Virus record (IMG/VR): IMGVR_UViG_3300010354_012181
Span: 1-64,000 of that record
Length of the DNA: 64,000 nucleotides
Strand: one strand, 5' to 3'
Origin: a virus
This document shows positions 9,822 through 16,795 of this stretch, one piece after another. The first letter of the stretch is position 1. Each line of letters starts with the position of its first letter. Under the pieces are notes generated by a model. The model ran no database searches and had not been told where the DNA came from. It worked only from the letters and a program-made list of their open reading frames with translations. Both the position numbers and the translations under genes were made by a program.

Positions 9822-10039
9822 ATAAAAAAATATTTTGGGTAGAAGGTGCGAGAAGATTAAGTCTTGCTGCCCGAGCAGAAATACAGCCTAGGGGTTGGGA
9901 AGTGGGATTAACCGAAACCGAAATGGATGCTGTTCACGAATGGGTAAAAGAACATAATTGCGGACGCAGGATAAGTTTTGATACATTTCAATTTAAAAAC
10001 AAAAAAGAAATGACCATGTTCTTATTGAGGTGGGGATGA
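9809..10039 (+). CDS. Small protein, FxF..D..F.(L/M)RW family
   Basis: C-terminus FQFKNKKEMTMFLLRWG. Confidence 0.7.
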   Translation: MGSIDKKIFWVEGARRLSLAARAEIQPRGWEVGLTETEMDAVHEWVKEHNCGRRISFDTFQFKNKKEMTMFLLRWG

Positions 10040-10257
10040 TCGTAGTCTACCTCAACGACAGCAATATGGATTACGATATGGCCGTTGATTACTTCGACGA
10101 AGCAGGAGCATGGGCTACGAGACAATGTCAAACCTTTGTAGATTTCACTGTTCAGGATGTTTCTGATGTTTCAATGATGTTCGATCAAGTAGCAGAATAC
10201 AGGTTTGGAGATCCAAAAGACGCACTACTATTCGAATTGAAATGGAAAAATGCTTGA
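10036..10257 (+). CDS. Small protein, FxF..D..F.(L/M)RW family
   Basis: C-terminus YRFGDPKDALLFELKW; ATGA overlap. Confidence 0.7.
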   Translation: MIVVYLNDSNMDYDMAVDYFDEAGAWATRQCQTFVDFTVQDVSDVSMMFDQVAEYRFGDPKDALLFELKWKNA

Positions 10258-10282
10258 CAGATCGCTAGTCTTATGTTATAAT
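10254..10282 (+). promoter_or_regulatory. sigma70-type promoter
   Basis: TTGACA-17-TATAAT, TGn extension. Confidence 0.85.
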
Positions 10283-10310
10283 GTAATATCATAAACACAT
10301 AGGAGCAAAA

Positions 10311-10541
10311 ATGATCTACCAATTAGTGCTGATTACTAATCTAGGTATTATGACACCTTTGGTAAATTTTCCAACCTGGGAAGAATGTCTTAGAGAACGG
10401 GCAAAGATCAGCAAGACCCAACAATACTCTGCTGAATGTTTACCCGCACAAAGTCCCGAACAGATGCAGAAACAGATAGAATCTAGTATGAAAATGATGT
10501 TGGACACTTTGAACAAATTAAGTCAATCTCAAAAGCAGTAA
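10311..10541 (+). CDS. Small hypothetical protein
   Basis: AGGAG RBS. Confidence 0.7.
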   Translation: MIYQLVLITNLGIMTPLVNFPTWEECLRERAKISKTQQYSAECLPAQSPEQMQKQIESSMKMMLDTLNKLSQSQKQ

Positions 10542-10556
10542 AATGGAGAGCAGTAA

Positions 10557-10961
10557 ATGAAAATTGGATTCAGTTTAGGGCGTTGCGTCCGCGATATTGT
10601 TAGTGGCGATGTTAGTATTGATGATGTAGCATTTGTAATCACTGCTACCAGTATCCATTCTCGTGATCAGATAGCTAATGTGATTGTTGCCTATCAGTCC
10701 GAGCCACAATATCTTTACGGACTGGATTACGATCGTTGCATGGAAGTGGCCTATGCTCTTTGGGATACTAATAGACTGCTACAGCCTCGCAGGCAAGGTG
10801 TACATCGTCATCAGCAACCAGAAAATTCTGTATGGGTAGATATGTTTCCTACAGTATTAAGTAAAAACGAAAGTGTCAAGAAAGCCTGGGATGCCTACAG
10901 ATTTATGATACATATGGTAGAGAACGTAGAGACGGAGGCTACGGAAGTTTTTAAAACATAG
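10557..10961 (+). CDS. Hypothetical phage protein
   Basis: GGAG RBS; 134 aa. Confidence 0.8.
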   Translation: MKIGFSLGRCVRDIVSGDVSIDDVAFVITATSIHSRDQIANVIVAYQSEPQYLYGLDYDRCMEVAYALWDTNRLLQPRRQGVHRHQQPENSVWVDMFPTVLSKNESVKKAWDAYRFMIHMVENVETEATEVFKT

Positions 10962-10970
10962 GAGAGCGCG

Positions 10971-11144
10971 ATGATCAAAGAAGGATCTAAATGGACCACA
11001 ACAGATGGTAAAGTATTTCATGTATTACACTGTATAGAGTTAGATGGACACTTGTGGGTCCATTACATCTCTGAAACTAATGCAAAGGAATATAGTTGTT
11101 ATGAAGAGAGTTTTCTCGAAAGGTTTCATCCTTTAGCAGAATAA
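10971..11144 (+). CDS. Small hypothetical protein, 57 aa (not in ORF track)
   Basis: AGGAG RBS; MIKEGSKWTTTDGKVFHVLHCIELDGHLWVHY...SFLERFHPLAE fills the gap between genes. Confidence 0.7.
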   Translation: MIKEGSKWTTTDGKVFHVLHCIELDGHLWVHYISETNAKEYSCYEESFLERFHPLAE

Positions 11145-11146
11145 AA

Positions 11147-11536
11147 ATGATATATAACCTAGACGGTGTTCAGATCATGATGCTGATCTTGCTGATGTTG
11201 CAGATCAAGCATTTTCTTGCAGATTTTTGGTTGCAAACTGATCAAATGATCAGGGATAAAGGAATCTATGGAGCCCGTAACGGGATATATCACAGTCTCA
11301 TCCATGCTATTGGAACGTTTATTGCTTTTTTAATTTTAGATCCTTACATCGCATTTACGATGTCAGTTTTGGATTTTTTAATACATTATCATATAGACTG
11401 GACCAAAAGTTTTATCAATAATAGATATGAACTTAATAGCGAAAATCCAAAATTTTGGTTTTGTTTTGGAGCGGACCAAATGGCACATCAATTAACCTAC
11501 CTTTTTTTAGTCGGGTGGGTTTTTTTCGTTTTTTAA
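11147..11536 (+). CDS. DUF3307-like membrane protein
   Basis: KHFLADFWLQ...HSLIH...HYHIDWTK...DQMAHQL His pattern. Confidence 0.75.
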   Translation: MIYNLDGVQIMMLILLMLQIKHFLADFWLQTDQMIRDKGIYGARNGIYHSLIHAIGTFIAFLILDPYIAFTMSVLDFLIHYHIDWTKSFINNRYELNSENPKFWFCFGADQMAHQLTYLFLVGWVFFVF

Positions 11537-11580
11537 ATAAACAGATGCTATAATAAACAAAAGGATAAGTAAAGCAAACG

Positions 11581-12156
11581 ATGGAGCATCGGGTGAAAAA
11601 ATTAGAAGATTTCATAGCCGAAGATCGGATTGATCTCAAACTGCTTGAAAATAGCACACATTTTCTTAACGGAGAAATCGATGAAGATTCTGTAGGGGCA
11701 GCAGTAAAATGGTTGATCTACGAAAATCTCGATACTAGCAAAGAAAAGATCTTGACTCTGTACATTAACTCTACAGGAGGCGATTTGTATCAGGCATTTG
11801 GATTGATCGATATTATGCAGGCCAGTCCTCATGTGATTAGAACTATAGGTATAGGTGCAGTAATGAGTGCTGCCTTTTTAATTTTTGCATCGGGTGATCA
11901 CGGACAGAGATTAGCGGCTAAAAATACCAGTTTTATGTGTCATCAATTCAGCGAAGGTATAGATGCCAAATATCATGATATCAAGGCTACAATGAAAGAA
12001 AACGATCTGTGTAATGAAAGAATGATATTGCTGTTAAAAGAAGCCACTGGTCTTGCACCTAGTGTAATTAAAAAGAAATTACTACCAGCGTCAGATGTTT
12101 ATTTGACTGCAGAAGAGGTTGTCGATCTGGGAATAGCTGACAGCATCTTGGAGTGA
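11581..12156 (+). CDS. clpP: ClpP-family protease subunit
   Basis: LYINSTGG, AVMSAA (catalytic Ser), FMCHQ (His), YLTAEEVVDLGIAD. Confidence 0.85.
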   Translation: MEHRVKKLEDFIAEDRIDLKLLENSTHFLNGEIDEDSVGAAVKWLIYENLDTSKEKILTLYINSTGGDLYQAFGLIDIMQASPHVIRTIGIGAVMSAAFLIFASGDHGQRLAAKNTSFMCHQFSEGIDAKYHDIKATMKENDLCNERMILLLKEATGLAPSVIKKKLLPASDVYLTAEEVVDLGIADSILE

Positions 12157-12163
12157 GAACTTT

Positions 12164-12403
12164 ATGAATATAGTACCTATAGAATCGAAAGCTAAAAAAG
12201 AAGAAGAACGCAAAATAGCGATGTTAGATGTTTTAACTGTGATAAAAAAACAAATAGAAGATGGAAAAATTAAAGAATTCGTAGCCTGTTCGCTGAACGA
12301 TGAGGGAGATGCACAAATCCATGTCAGTTGTCTTGATCTTGTTGGCGGCGTAGGACTTTTCGAAGTTGGTAAACACTTACTTATTGAATTGGATCAATCG
12401 TAG
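12164..12403 (+). CDS. Hypothetical protein
   Basis: GGAG RBS; 79 aa. Confidence 0.7.
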   Translation: MNIVPIESKAKKEEERKIAMLDVLTVIKKQIEDGKIKEFVACSLNDEGDAQIHVSCLDLVGGVGLFEVGKHLLIELDQS

Positions 12404-12435
12404 CAAAAAAGCCACATTTATTGGCGAAAAAATTC

Positions 12436-12464
12436 TTGACAGATAAATAAACTGACAATATAAT
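12436..12464 (+). promoter_or_regulatory. sigma70-type promoter of the tRNA-array leader (TAAATA late-type motif inside the spacer)
   Basis: TTGACA 12436-41, 17 nt, TATAAT 12459-64; expected start site about 12471, coinciding with an ATG. Confidence 0.85.
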
Positions 12465-12470
12465 AATACT

Positions 12471-12578
12471 ATGATGAACAAACTTCATTCAATTATATCT
12501 AGCATTAAACAGATGGCCTATACATGGTCAGTACCCTGCTTTGGTCTAGAGAATGATCGTATGAGGGGTTCCGCATAG
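12471..12578 (+). CDS. Putative attenuator leader peptide containing all 20 amino acids
   Basis: MMNKLHSIISSIKQMAYTWSVPCFGLENDRMRGSA*; residues 12-30 are 19 different amino acids; last codons and stop overlap the antiterminator 5' arm. Confidence 0.8.
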   Translation: MMNKLHSIISSIKQMAYTWSVPCFGLENDRMRGSA

Positions 12579-12610
12579 TCTAATAAGAAACTAGATTTAT
12601 ACGGGACCCC
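12565..12610 (+). promoter_or_regulatory. Antiterminator hairpin
   Basis: GGGGTTCCG-CATAGTCTA pairs with TAGATTTATA-CGGGACCCC (about 17 bp) and sequesters the terminator 5' arm. Confidence 0.8.
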
Positions 12611-12640
12611 AGGATTAAAAACCCTGGGGTTTTTGTTTTT
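12605..12640 (+). terminator. Intrinsic terminator (attenuator)
   Basis: ACCCCAGG-loop-CCTGGGGT followed by TTTTGTTTTT. Confidence 0.9.
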
Positions 12641-12653
12641 ATAAAGGAAAAAA

Positions 12654-12833
12654 ATGCAAACAAAAGAAATAGATTACACAAAACTGAATGAACGCATCGT
12701 TGAACAGGCTTACGATTCTGCTTTCCGTATGACAGAAGAACAGACTCGCAAACTTATTCAAGATAAGTTTGAAAGAGCCAAAGCGATGAGTGACGCCATA
12801 AAGGCCAGTCCTGTGTGGCACACTGATCGATAA
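12654..12833 (+). CDS. 59 aa hypothetical protein, first gene after the attenuator (not in ORF track)
   Basis: AAGGA RBS; MQTKEIDYTKLNERIVEQAYDSAFRMTEEQTRKLIQDKFERAKAMSDAIKASPVWHTDR. Confidence 0.7.
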   Translation: MQTKEIDYTKLNERIVEQAYDSAFRMTEEQTRKLIQDKFERAKAMSDAIKASPVWHTDR

Positions 12834-12846
12834 TATTCAGTTATAA

Positions 12847-13067
12847 AGTGTGAATGGGAAACGAGGTCCCGGAGCGCACTCAAAACATGCTCCAAACGGG
12901 CGGACCTGAGGATGGAGTTCTTCTTGTAGAACAAAAAATTCAGGAGTAGTAAAGCATATTGGAGATAAGCTCGGTACTGTCTGCAGACGGAACGCCTCGC
13001 CCAGTATGCTTTACTACACACTCTCCACCTCCGCCTGCACAGCGGTTGACAGCATAGCGGGAGAGTG
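12847..13067 (+). ncRNA. Unidentified structured RNA
   Basis: GC-rich non-coding block; 17 bp stem 12946-62/13001-17, AGGTCC/GGACCT, GGAGCG/TGCTCC, CACTCTCC/GGAGAGTG. Confidence 0.55.
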
Positions 13068-13078
13068 ATAAAATTTTT

Positions 13079-13167
13079 GGATAGGTGCGCTGAATTGGTT
13101 GAAGGCAACGGACTGTAAATCCGCCACATAAGAAACATTGTAGGTTCGAATCCTACCCTATCCACCA
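13079..13167 (+). tRNA. trnY: tRNA-Tyr(GTA)
   Basis: Cloverleaf, loop CTGTAAA, GTTCGAATC, encoded CCA. Confidence 0.93.
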
Positions 13168-13174
13168 ATATTAT

Positions 13175-13203
13175 TTGACTTTTTTCTTTTTTGATGTTAT
13201 AAT
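13175..13203 (+). promoter_or_regulatory. sigma70-type promoter, leaderless transcript
   Basis: TTGACT-17-TATAAT; ATG 13210 lies 6 nt after the -10 box. Confidence 0.75.
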
Positions 13204-13209
13204 AACAAT

Positions 13210-13977
13210 ATGAAAATAAAAATTGCTCTTAGTTCGTTTTTGCTAACAGTATGTTTATCCGGATGCGGAGCCACTCTAACAGCCAAAGATGGCACAAAAA
13301 TGCCTGTGAGTGTTTCTGAGTATAGAGCATATAGAGATAAACCGGCACCAACAGTTTTAATTTCACATGGCAGCGACGGTGTTCAAAAACATCACGTAGA
13401 ATGGGCTAAAGAAATACAATCTTGGGGCTTCAATGCTGTGGTGATCGATCATTATTCCTTACGCGGAATATCAATGCACATAGGCATTGTGTTACCTAAT
13501 ATGAGAGGTGAACATAGGGCACGTGATATAGTGGAGGCAGGGAGATGGGCGAAATCTCAAACTTGGCATAAAGGCAAGATTTCTGTAATTGGCTTTAGTC
13601 AGGGAGGTAGCGGTGTAATGGCATTAGTAAATGGAAAAGACAGAGAGTACAATAAAATACTGTTAAAAGGTGAGGAGATGCCAATCGATTCGGCCGTAGC
13701 ATTTTATCCCGGTTGCAGTATAAGCTTTCCTCCGTTAACTCCTAGTATGCCAGTGCAGATGCATCTTGCAGGAGAAGATACTCTGGCTTTGACTAGTTAT
13801 TGCGAACCATTAACAGATAAAAATTATACGGTACATAGATACAATAATGCTACTCATGCCTTTGATGTATATTTAGGATCATTTAAACCTAAATTTTATC
13901 ATAGATATGATCCTAACATTACTGCCGTTGCCAAAAAAAATACCAGAGATTTTTTAGTAAAAAACTTAAAAGAATGA
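13210..13977 (+). CDS. Dienelactone hydrolase-family alpha/beta hydrolase, lipoprotein
   Basis: Lipobox LSGC; HGSDG, GFSQGG nucleophile elbow, FYPGC, ATHAFD. Confidence 0.85.
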   Translation: MKIKIALSSFLLTVCLSGCGATLTAKDGTKMPVSVSEYRAYRDKPAPTVLISHGSDGVQKHHVEWAKEIQSWGFNAVVIDHYSLRGISMHIGIVLPNMRGEHRARDIVEAGRWAKSQTWHKGKISVIGFSQGGSGVMALVNGKDREYNKILLKGEEMPIDSAVAFYPGCSISFPPLTPSMPVQMHLAGEDTLALTSYCEPLTDKNYTVHRYNNATHAFDVYLGSFKPKFYHRYDPNITAVAKKNTRDFLVKNLKE

Positions 13978-13979
13978 TC

Positions 13980-14120
13980 ATTTAGAAGTAGCACAGCTCG
14001 TGAGGCACCGATCAAGCCTAACCTTGTCCAAAGCGGAAAGCCTGTGATACTAGTAATGTCAGCCTATAAGGTTTGACACATCAGGTAGCAAGAGGATAGT
14101 AAACTGTGTTACTCCTAAAT
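13980..14120 (+). ncRNA. Unidentified structured RNA
   Basis: Closing stem TTTAGAAGTAGCACAG/CTGTGTTACTCCTAAA; internal TGTCAGCC/GGTTTGACA hairpin; ends immediately before tRNA-Asp. Confidence 0.55.
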
Positions 14121-14195
14121 GGTCCCATAATATATCGGTTAGTATACTGGCCTGTCACGCCGGAAGGATGGGTTCGACTCCCATTGGGACCGCCA
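14121..14195 (+). tRNA. trnD: tRNA-Asp(GTC)
   Basis: Cloverleaf, loop CTGTCAC, CCA. Confidence 0.93.
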
Positions 14196-14236
14196 AATTT
14201 TTTACATGACAAGTTTTTTCTGATAAGTAGATTTAC

Positions 14237-14312
14237 GCCGGTTTAGCACAGTGGTAGTTGCAATCGCCTTGTAAGCGATAGGTCGTCAGTTCGAATCCGA
14301 CAACCGGCACCA
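14237..14312 (+). tRNA. trnT: tRNA-Thr(TGT)
   Basis: Cloverleaf, loop CTTGTAA, CCA. Confidence 0.93.
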
Positions 14313-14318
14313 TTTTAA

Positions 14319-14394
14319 TGTCCTGTAGATCAGTCGGTAGATCAGCGGACTGTTAATCCGTGTGTCGGTGGTTCGAGCCCACCCAGGACAGCCA
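14319..14394 (+). tRNA. trnN: tRNA-Asn(GTT)
   Basis: Cloverleaf, loop CTGTTAA, CCA. Confidence 0.93.
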
Positions 14395-14410
14395 ATTTAT
14401 GGAGTGTTGT

Positions 14411-14563
14411 ATGCCGATGTATGAAACAACTGTAAGAACACCGCAAGGTGAAGAAAAGAAACGTGTTTACGCGAAAGACGTAAAAGAAGCAAAACAACTT
14501 TTCGAACAACTTTACGGTGGTCCTAGAGCAGTTCCTTATATACCGCACATAGTACCAAGTTAA
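14411..14563 (+). CDS. Small hypothetical protein within tRNA array
   Basis: GGAG RBS; MPMYETTVRTPQGEEKKRVYAK... Confidence 0.7.
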   Translation: MPMYETTVRTPQGEEKKRVYAKDVKEAKQLFEQLYGGPRAVPYIPHIVPS

Positions 14564-14565
14564 TT

Positions 14566-14639
14566 GGGGGATTAGTTAAATGGGATAACATCGGCTTTGC
14601 AAGCCGAGATTAACAGTTCGATTCTGTTATCCTCCACCA
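14566..14639 (+). tRNA. trnA: tRNA-Ala(TGC)
   Basis: Loop TTTGCAA; G3:U70 identity pair; CCA. Confidence 0.93.
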
Positions 14640-14654
14640 AGTTGTAAATTTTTT

Positions 14655-14733
14655 CCGGGTGTAGCTTAGTCTGGCTTAAAGCGCCTGCTTTGGGAGCAGG
14701 AGATCGTGAGTTCGAATCCCACTTCCCGGACCA
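14655..14733 (+). tRNA. trnP: tRNA-Pro(TGG)
   Basis: Loop TTTGGGA; CCA. Confidence 0.92.
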
Positions 14734-14738
14734 ATTTT

Positions 14739-14813
14739 GCATCGTTAGTTCAGCGGTAGAACGTCGCCCTTACAAGGCGAATGTCAGTGGTTCGACTCCA
14801 TTACGATGCACCA
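14739..14813 (+). tRNA. trnV: tRNA-Val(TAC)
   Basis: Loop CTTACAA; CCA. Confidence 0.93.
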
Positions 14814-14820
14814 TATAAAT

Positions 14821-14896
14821 ATCTCGCTAGTGTTTAACGGCAGCACGTCGGTCTCCAAAACCGAAAGACGGGGTTCAAATCCCTGGCGAGGTGCCA
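14821..14896 (+). tRNA. trnW: tRNA-Trp(CCA)
   Basis: Loop CTCCAAA; CCA. Confidence 0.92.
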
Positions 14897-14902
14897 AAAT
14901 TT

Positions 14903-14977
14903 GCTCGGTTCGTCTATCGGTTAGGACACCGCCCTTTCACGGCGGGAAGAGGGGTTCGATTCCCCTACCGAGTACCA
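14903..14977 (+). tRNA. trnE: tRNA-Glu(TTC)
   Basis: Loop CTTTCAC; CCA. Confidence 0.93.
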
Positions 14978-14982
14978 AATAT

Positions 14983-15056
14983 GCGGGATTAGTTTATTGG
15001 TAAAACAGAACCTTGCCAAGGTCCAGTGACCAGTTCGATTCTGGTATCCCGCTCCA
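14983..15056 (+). tRNA. trnG: tRNA-Gly(GCC)
   Basis: Loop TTGCCAA; U73; CCA. Confidence 0.9.
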
Positions 15057-15063
15057 AGTTTTT

Positions 15064-15163
15064 GCCTCTGTAGCTTAATCGGTAAAGAAGCGAGCTTATA
15101 CCTCGCCAAAGCACCGGCCAGATAAGCCGGCGTGTGCAGGTTCGAGTCCTGCCAGAGGCACCA
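15064..15163 (+). tRNA. trnI: tRNA with TAT anticodon (Ile, AUA) and a 29 nt variable arm
   Basis: GCGAG-CTTATAC-CTCGC anticodon arm; long variable hairpin CCGGC/GCCGG; canonical T arm; CCA. Confidence 0.8.
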
Positions 15164-15217
15164 ATATCATTATAAATTTAGTACAATTTATTTTAGGGTA
15201 AGTATTAGATATAAAAT

Positions 15218-15295
15218 GTGTCGGTGGCAGAGAGGCCCAATGCAAGAGTCTGCAAAACTCTAAAACCGTGAGTTCGAATCTCACCCGGCACTCCA
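15218..15295 (+). tRNA. trnC: tRNA-Cys(GCA)
   Basis: Loop CTGCAAA; U73; CCA. Confidence 0.92.
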
Positions 15296-15300
15296 ATATT

Positions 15301-15846
15301 ATGAAACAATTTAATTATAATCATCTTAATAATTTTATAGCAGGTTGGTATATTGACAATAATATTTGTGATGCTATAGTTTCTAAAGGAGAAGATAATT
15401 TATTATTATTTTCTGCAGGAATAAAAGAATATACAAACTGCGATTTAAAAAATTTTGACGTTATATTAAATGATTTATATTCTAACCAACTCACTAAAGT
15501 GTTGGAAGAATACAAAAAAATATATCCTTACTGCTTTAAAAATTTGAATACTTGGAAATTTACTCCGCCTCGAATTCAGAGATACGATCCAGGAAAATCA
15601 TACAGTGAAATTCATTGTGAAAATAACGGACAGACCTTGTATCAAACCAGGCACTTAGTTTACATGACGTATCTTAATGATATTACAAATGGTGGAGGTA
15701 CTGAATTCCCCTATCAAAATTTAACTACTCCTCCAGAAAAAGGTTTAACCTTAGTTTGGCCGGCGGGTTGGACACATCAACATCGTGGTATAGTTAGCAA
15801 TAAAGAAACAAAGTATATAATTACTGGTTGGTGCTGTTTTGATTAA
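15301..15846 (+). CDS. 2OG-Fe(II) oxygenase
   Basis: HCE (HxD/E), YLND..GGGTEF, WTHQHRG, KYIITGW. Confidence 0.88.
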   Translation: MKQFNYNHLNNFIAGWYIDNNICDAIVSKGEDNLLLFSAGIKEYTNCDLKNFDVILNDLYSNQLTKVLEEYKKIYPYCFKNLNTWKFTPPRIQRYDPGKSYSEIHCENNGQTLYQTRHLVYMTYLNDITNGGGTEFPYQNLTTPPEKGLTLVWPAGWTHQHRGIVSNKETKYIITGWCCFD

Positions 15847-15859
15847 ATCAATAATTTAG

Positions 15860-15941
15860 GCCCCTGTGGCGCAAAATACCGGGAAGACGCGACTGTTCAA
15901 GAGACAGTAATGTGCGGGTTCGAATCCCGTCAGGGGCACCA
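15860..15941 (+). tRNA. trnL: Atypical tRNA-Leu (AAG by position; CAA if shifted)
   Basis: Perfect acceptor and T arms, CCA; loop TCAAGAG lacks U33; short variable loop. Confidence 0.65.
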
Positions 15942-15947
15942 GTTTAC

Positions 15948-16035
15948 GGAAGTGTGGTCGAGTGGTCTATGGCACTGGTCTTGAAAACCAGCGATCTGAA
16001 AGGGTCCGTGAGTTCGAATCTCACCGCTTCCGCCA
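15948..16035 (+). tRNA. trnS: tRNA-Ser(TGA)
   Basis: Loop CTTGAAA, long variable arm, G73, CCA. Confidence 0.93.
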
Positions 16036-16044
16036 TTTTAGGAG

Positions 16045-16248
16045 ATGAATATGGAAGTTAACTCAGTGACTTATTACGGTTGGAGAGATAATCTACAAAC
16101 CGTAGAAAAACGCATCACCTATGATTATTCTAATGGTAATGATGTAACTGTAGTCGAACGTAGATCTTATCTTATAACTCTTTATGACGGAAGAGGTAAT
16201 GTAGATGTGTCTCAGAGCAAAGGTAACAATATTGATCAAATGGCCTGA
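16045..16248 (+). CDS. Small hypothetical protein within tRNA array
   Basis: AGGAG RBS; stop overlaps the 5' end of tRNA-Ile(GAT). Confidence 0.65.
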   Translation: MNMEVNSVTYYGWRDNLQTVEKRITYDYSNGNDVTVVERRSYLITLYDGRGNVDVSQSKGNNIDQMA

Positions 16249-16317
16249 TTAGCTCAGTGGTAGAGCATCGTCTTGATAAGGCGAGGGTCCGTGGATCGTT
16301 CCCACGATCAGGCACCA
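16243..16317 (+). tRNA. trnI: tRNA-Ile(GAT)
   Basis: Loop TTGATAA; variant T loop ATCGTTC; CCA. Confidence 0.88.
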
Positions 16318-16319
16318 AT

Positions 16320-16395
16320 GGGACGTTAGCTCAGTTGGTAGAGCAGCGGACTTTTAATCCGTTGGTCACTGGTTCGAATCCAGTACGTCCTACCA
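16320..16395 (+). tRNA. trnK: tRNA-Lys(TTT)
   Basis: Loop CTTTTAA; CCA. Confidence 0.95.
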
Positions 16396-16400
16396 TATTT

Positions 16401-16476
16401 GGTAACGTAGCATAGCGGCTAATGCGGCACCTTCATACGGTGTTTATCGTGAGTTCGAGTCTCACCGTTACTACCA
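16401..16476 (+). tRNA. trnM: tRNA with CAT anticodon (elongator Met or Ile2)
   Basis: Loop TTCATAC; CCA. Confidence 0.85.
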
Positions 16477-16482
16477 AACAAT

Positions 16483-16558
16483 TGGGGATTCGCCAAGTTG
16501 GTAAGGCATCGGATTTTGATTCCGACATTCGGTGGTTCGAGTCCATCATCCCCAGCCA
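16483..16558 (+). tRNA. trnQ: tRNA-Gln(TTG)
   Basis: Loop TTTTGAT; U1-A72; CCA. Confidence 0.93.
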
Positions 16559-16559
16559 A

Positions 16560-16636
16560 CGGTCCTTAACTCAATGGATTAGAGTGCCAGTCTTCGAAAC
16601 TGGAGGTTGGGGGTTCGAGTCCCTCAGGGCCGGCCA
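16560..16636 (+). tRNA. trnR: tRNA-Arg(TCG)
   Basis: Loop CTTCGAA; CCA. Confidence 0.9.
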
Positions 16637-16642
16637 TACAAT

Positions 16643-16716
16643 GGTGTTGTTAGTGTAGTGGTAACACGACTGTCTGTGAAACAGTAAACCAGGGTTCGAT
16701 TCCCGACTTCACCCCA
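16643..16716 (+). tRNA. trnH: tRNA-His(GTG)
   Basis: Loop CTGTGAA; G-1/C73; two T-T mismatches in the acceptor stem. Confidence 0.85.
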
Positions 16717-16720
16717 GTTA

Positions 16721-16793
16721 CCCGCTTTAGCTGATGTGGTCATAGCAACGGTTTGAAGAACCGTGGAACGTGGTTCGATCCCACGAGGCGGGA
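16721..16793 (+). tRNA. trnF: tRNA-Phe(GAA), no encoded CCA
   Basis: Loop TTGAAGA; acceptor CCCGCTT/AGGCGGG, then ACA instead of ACCA. Confidence 0.85.
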
Positions 16794-16795
16794 CA

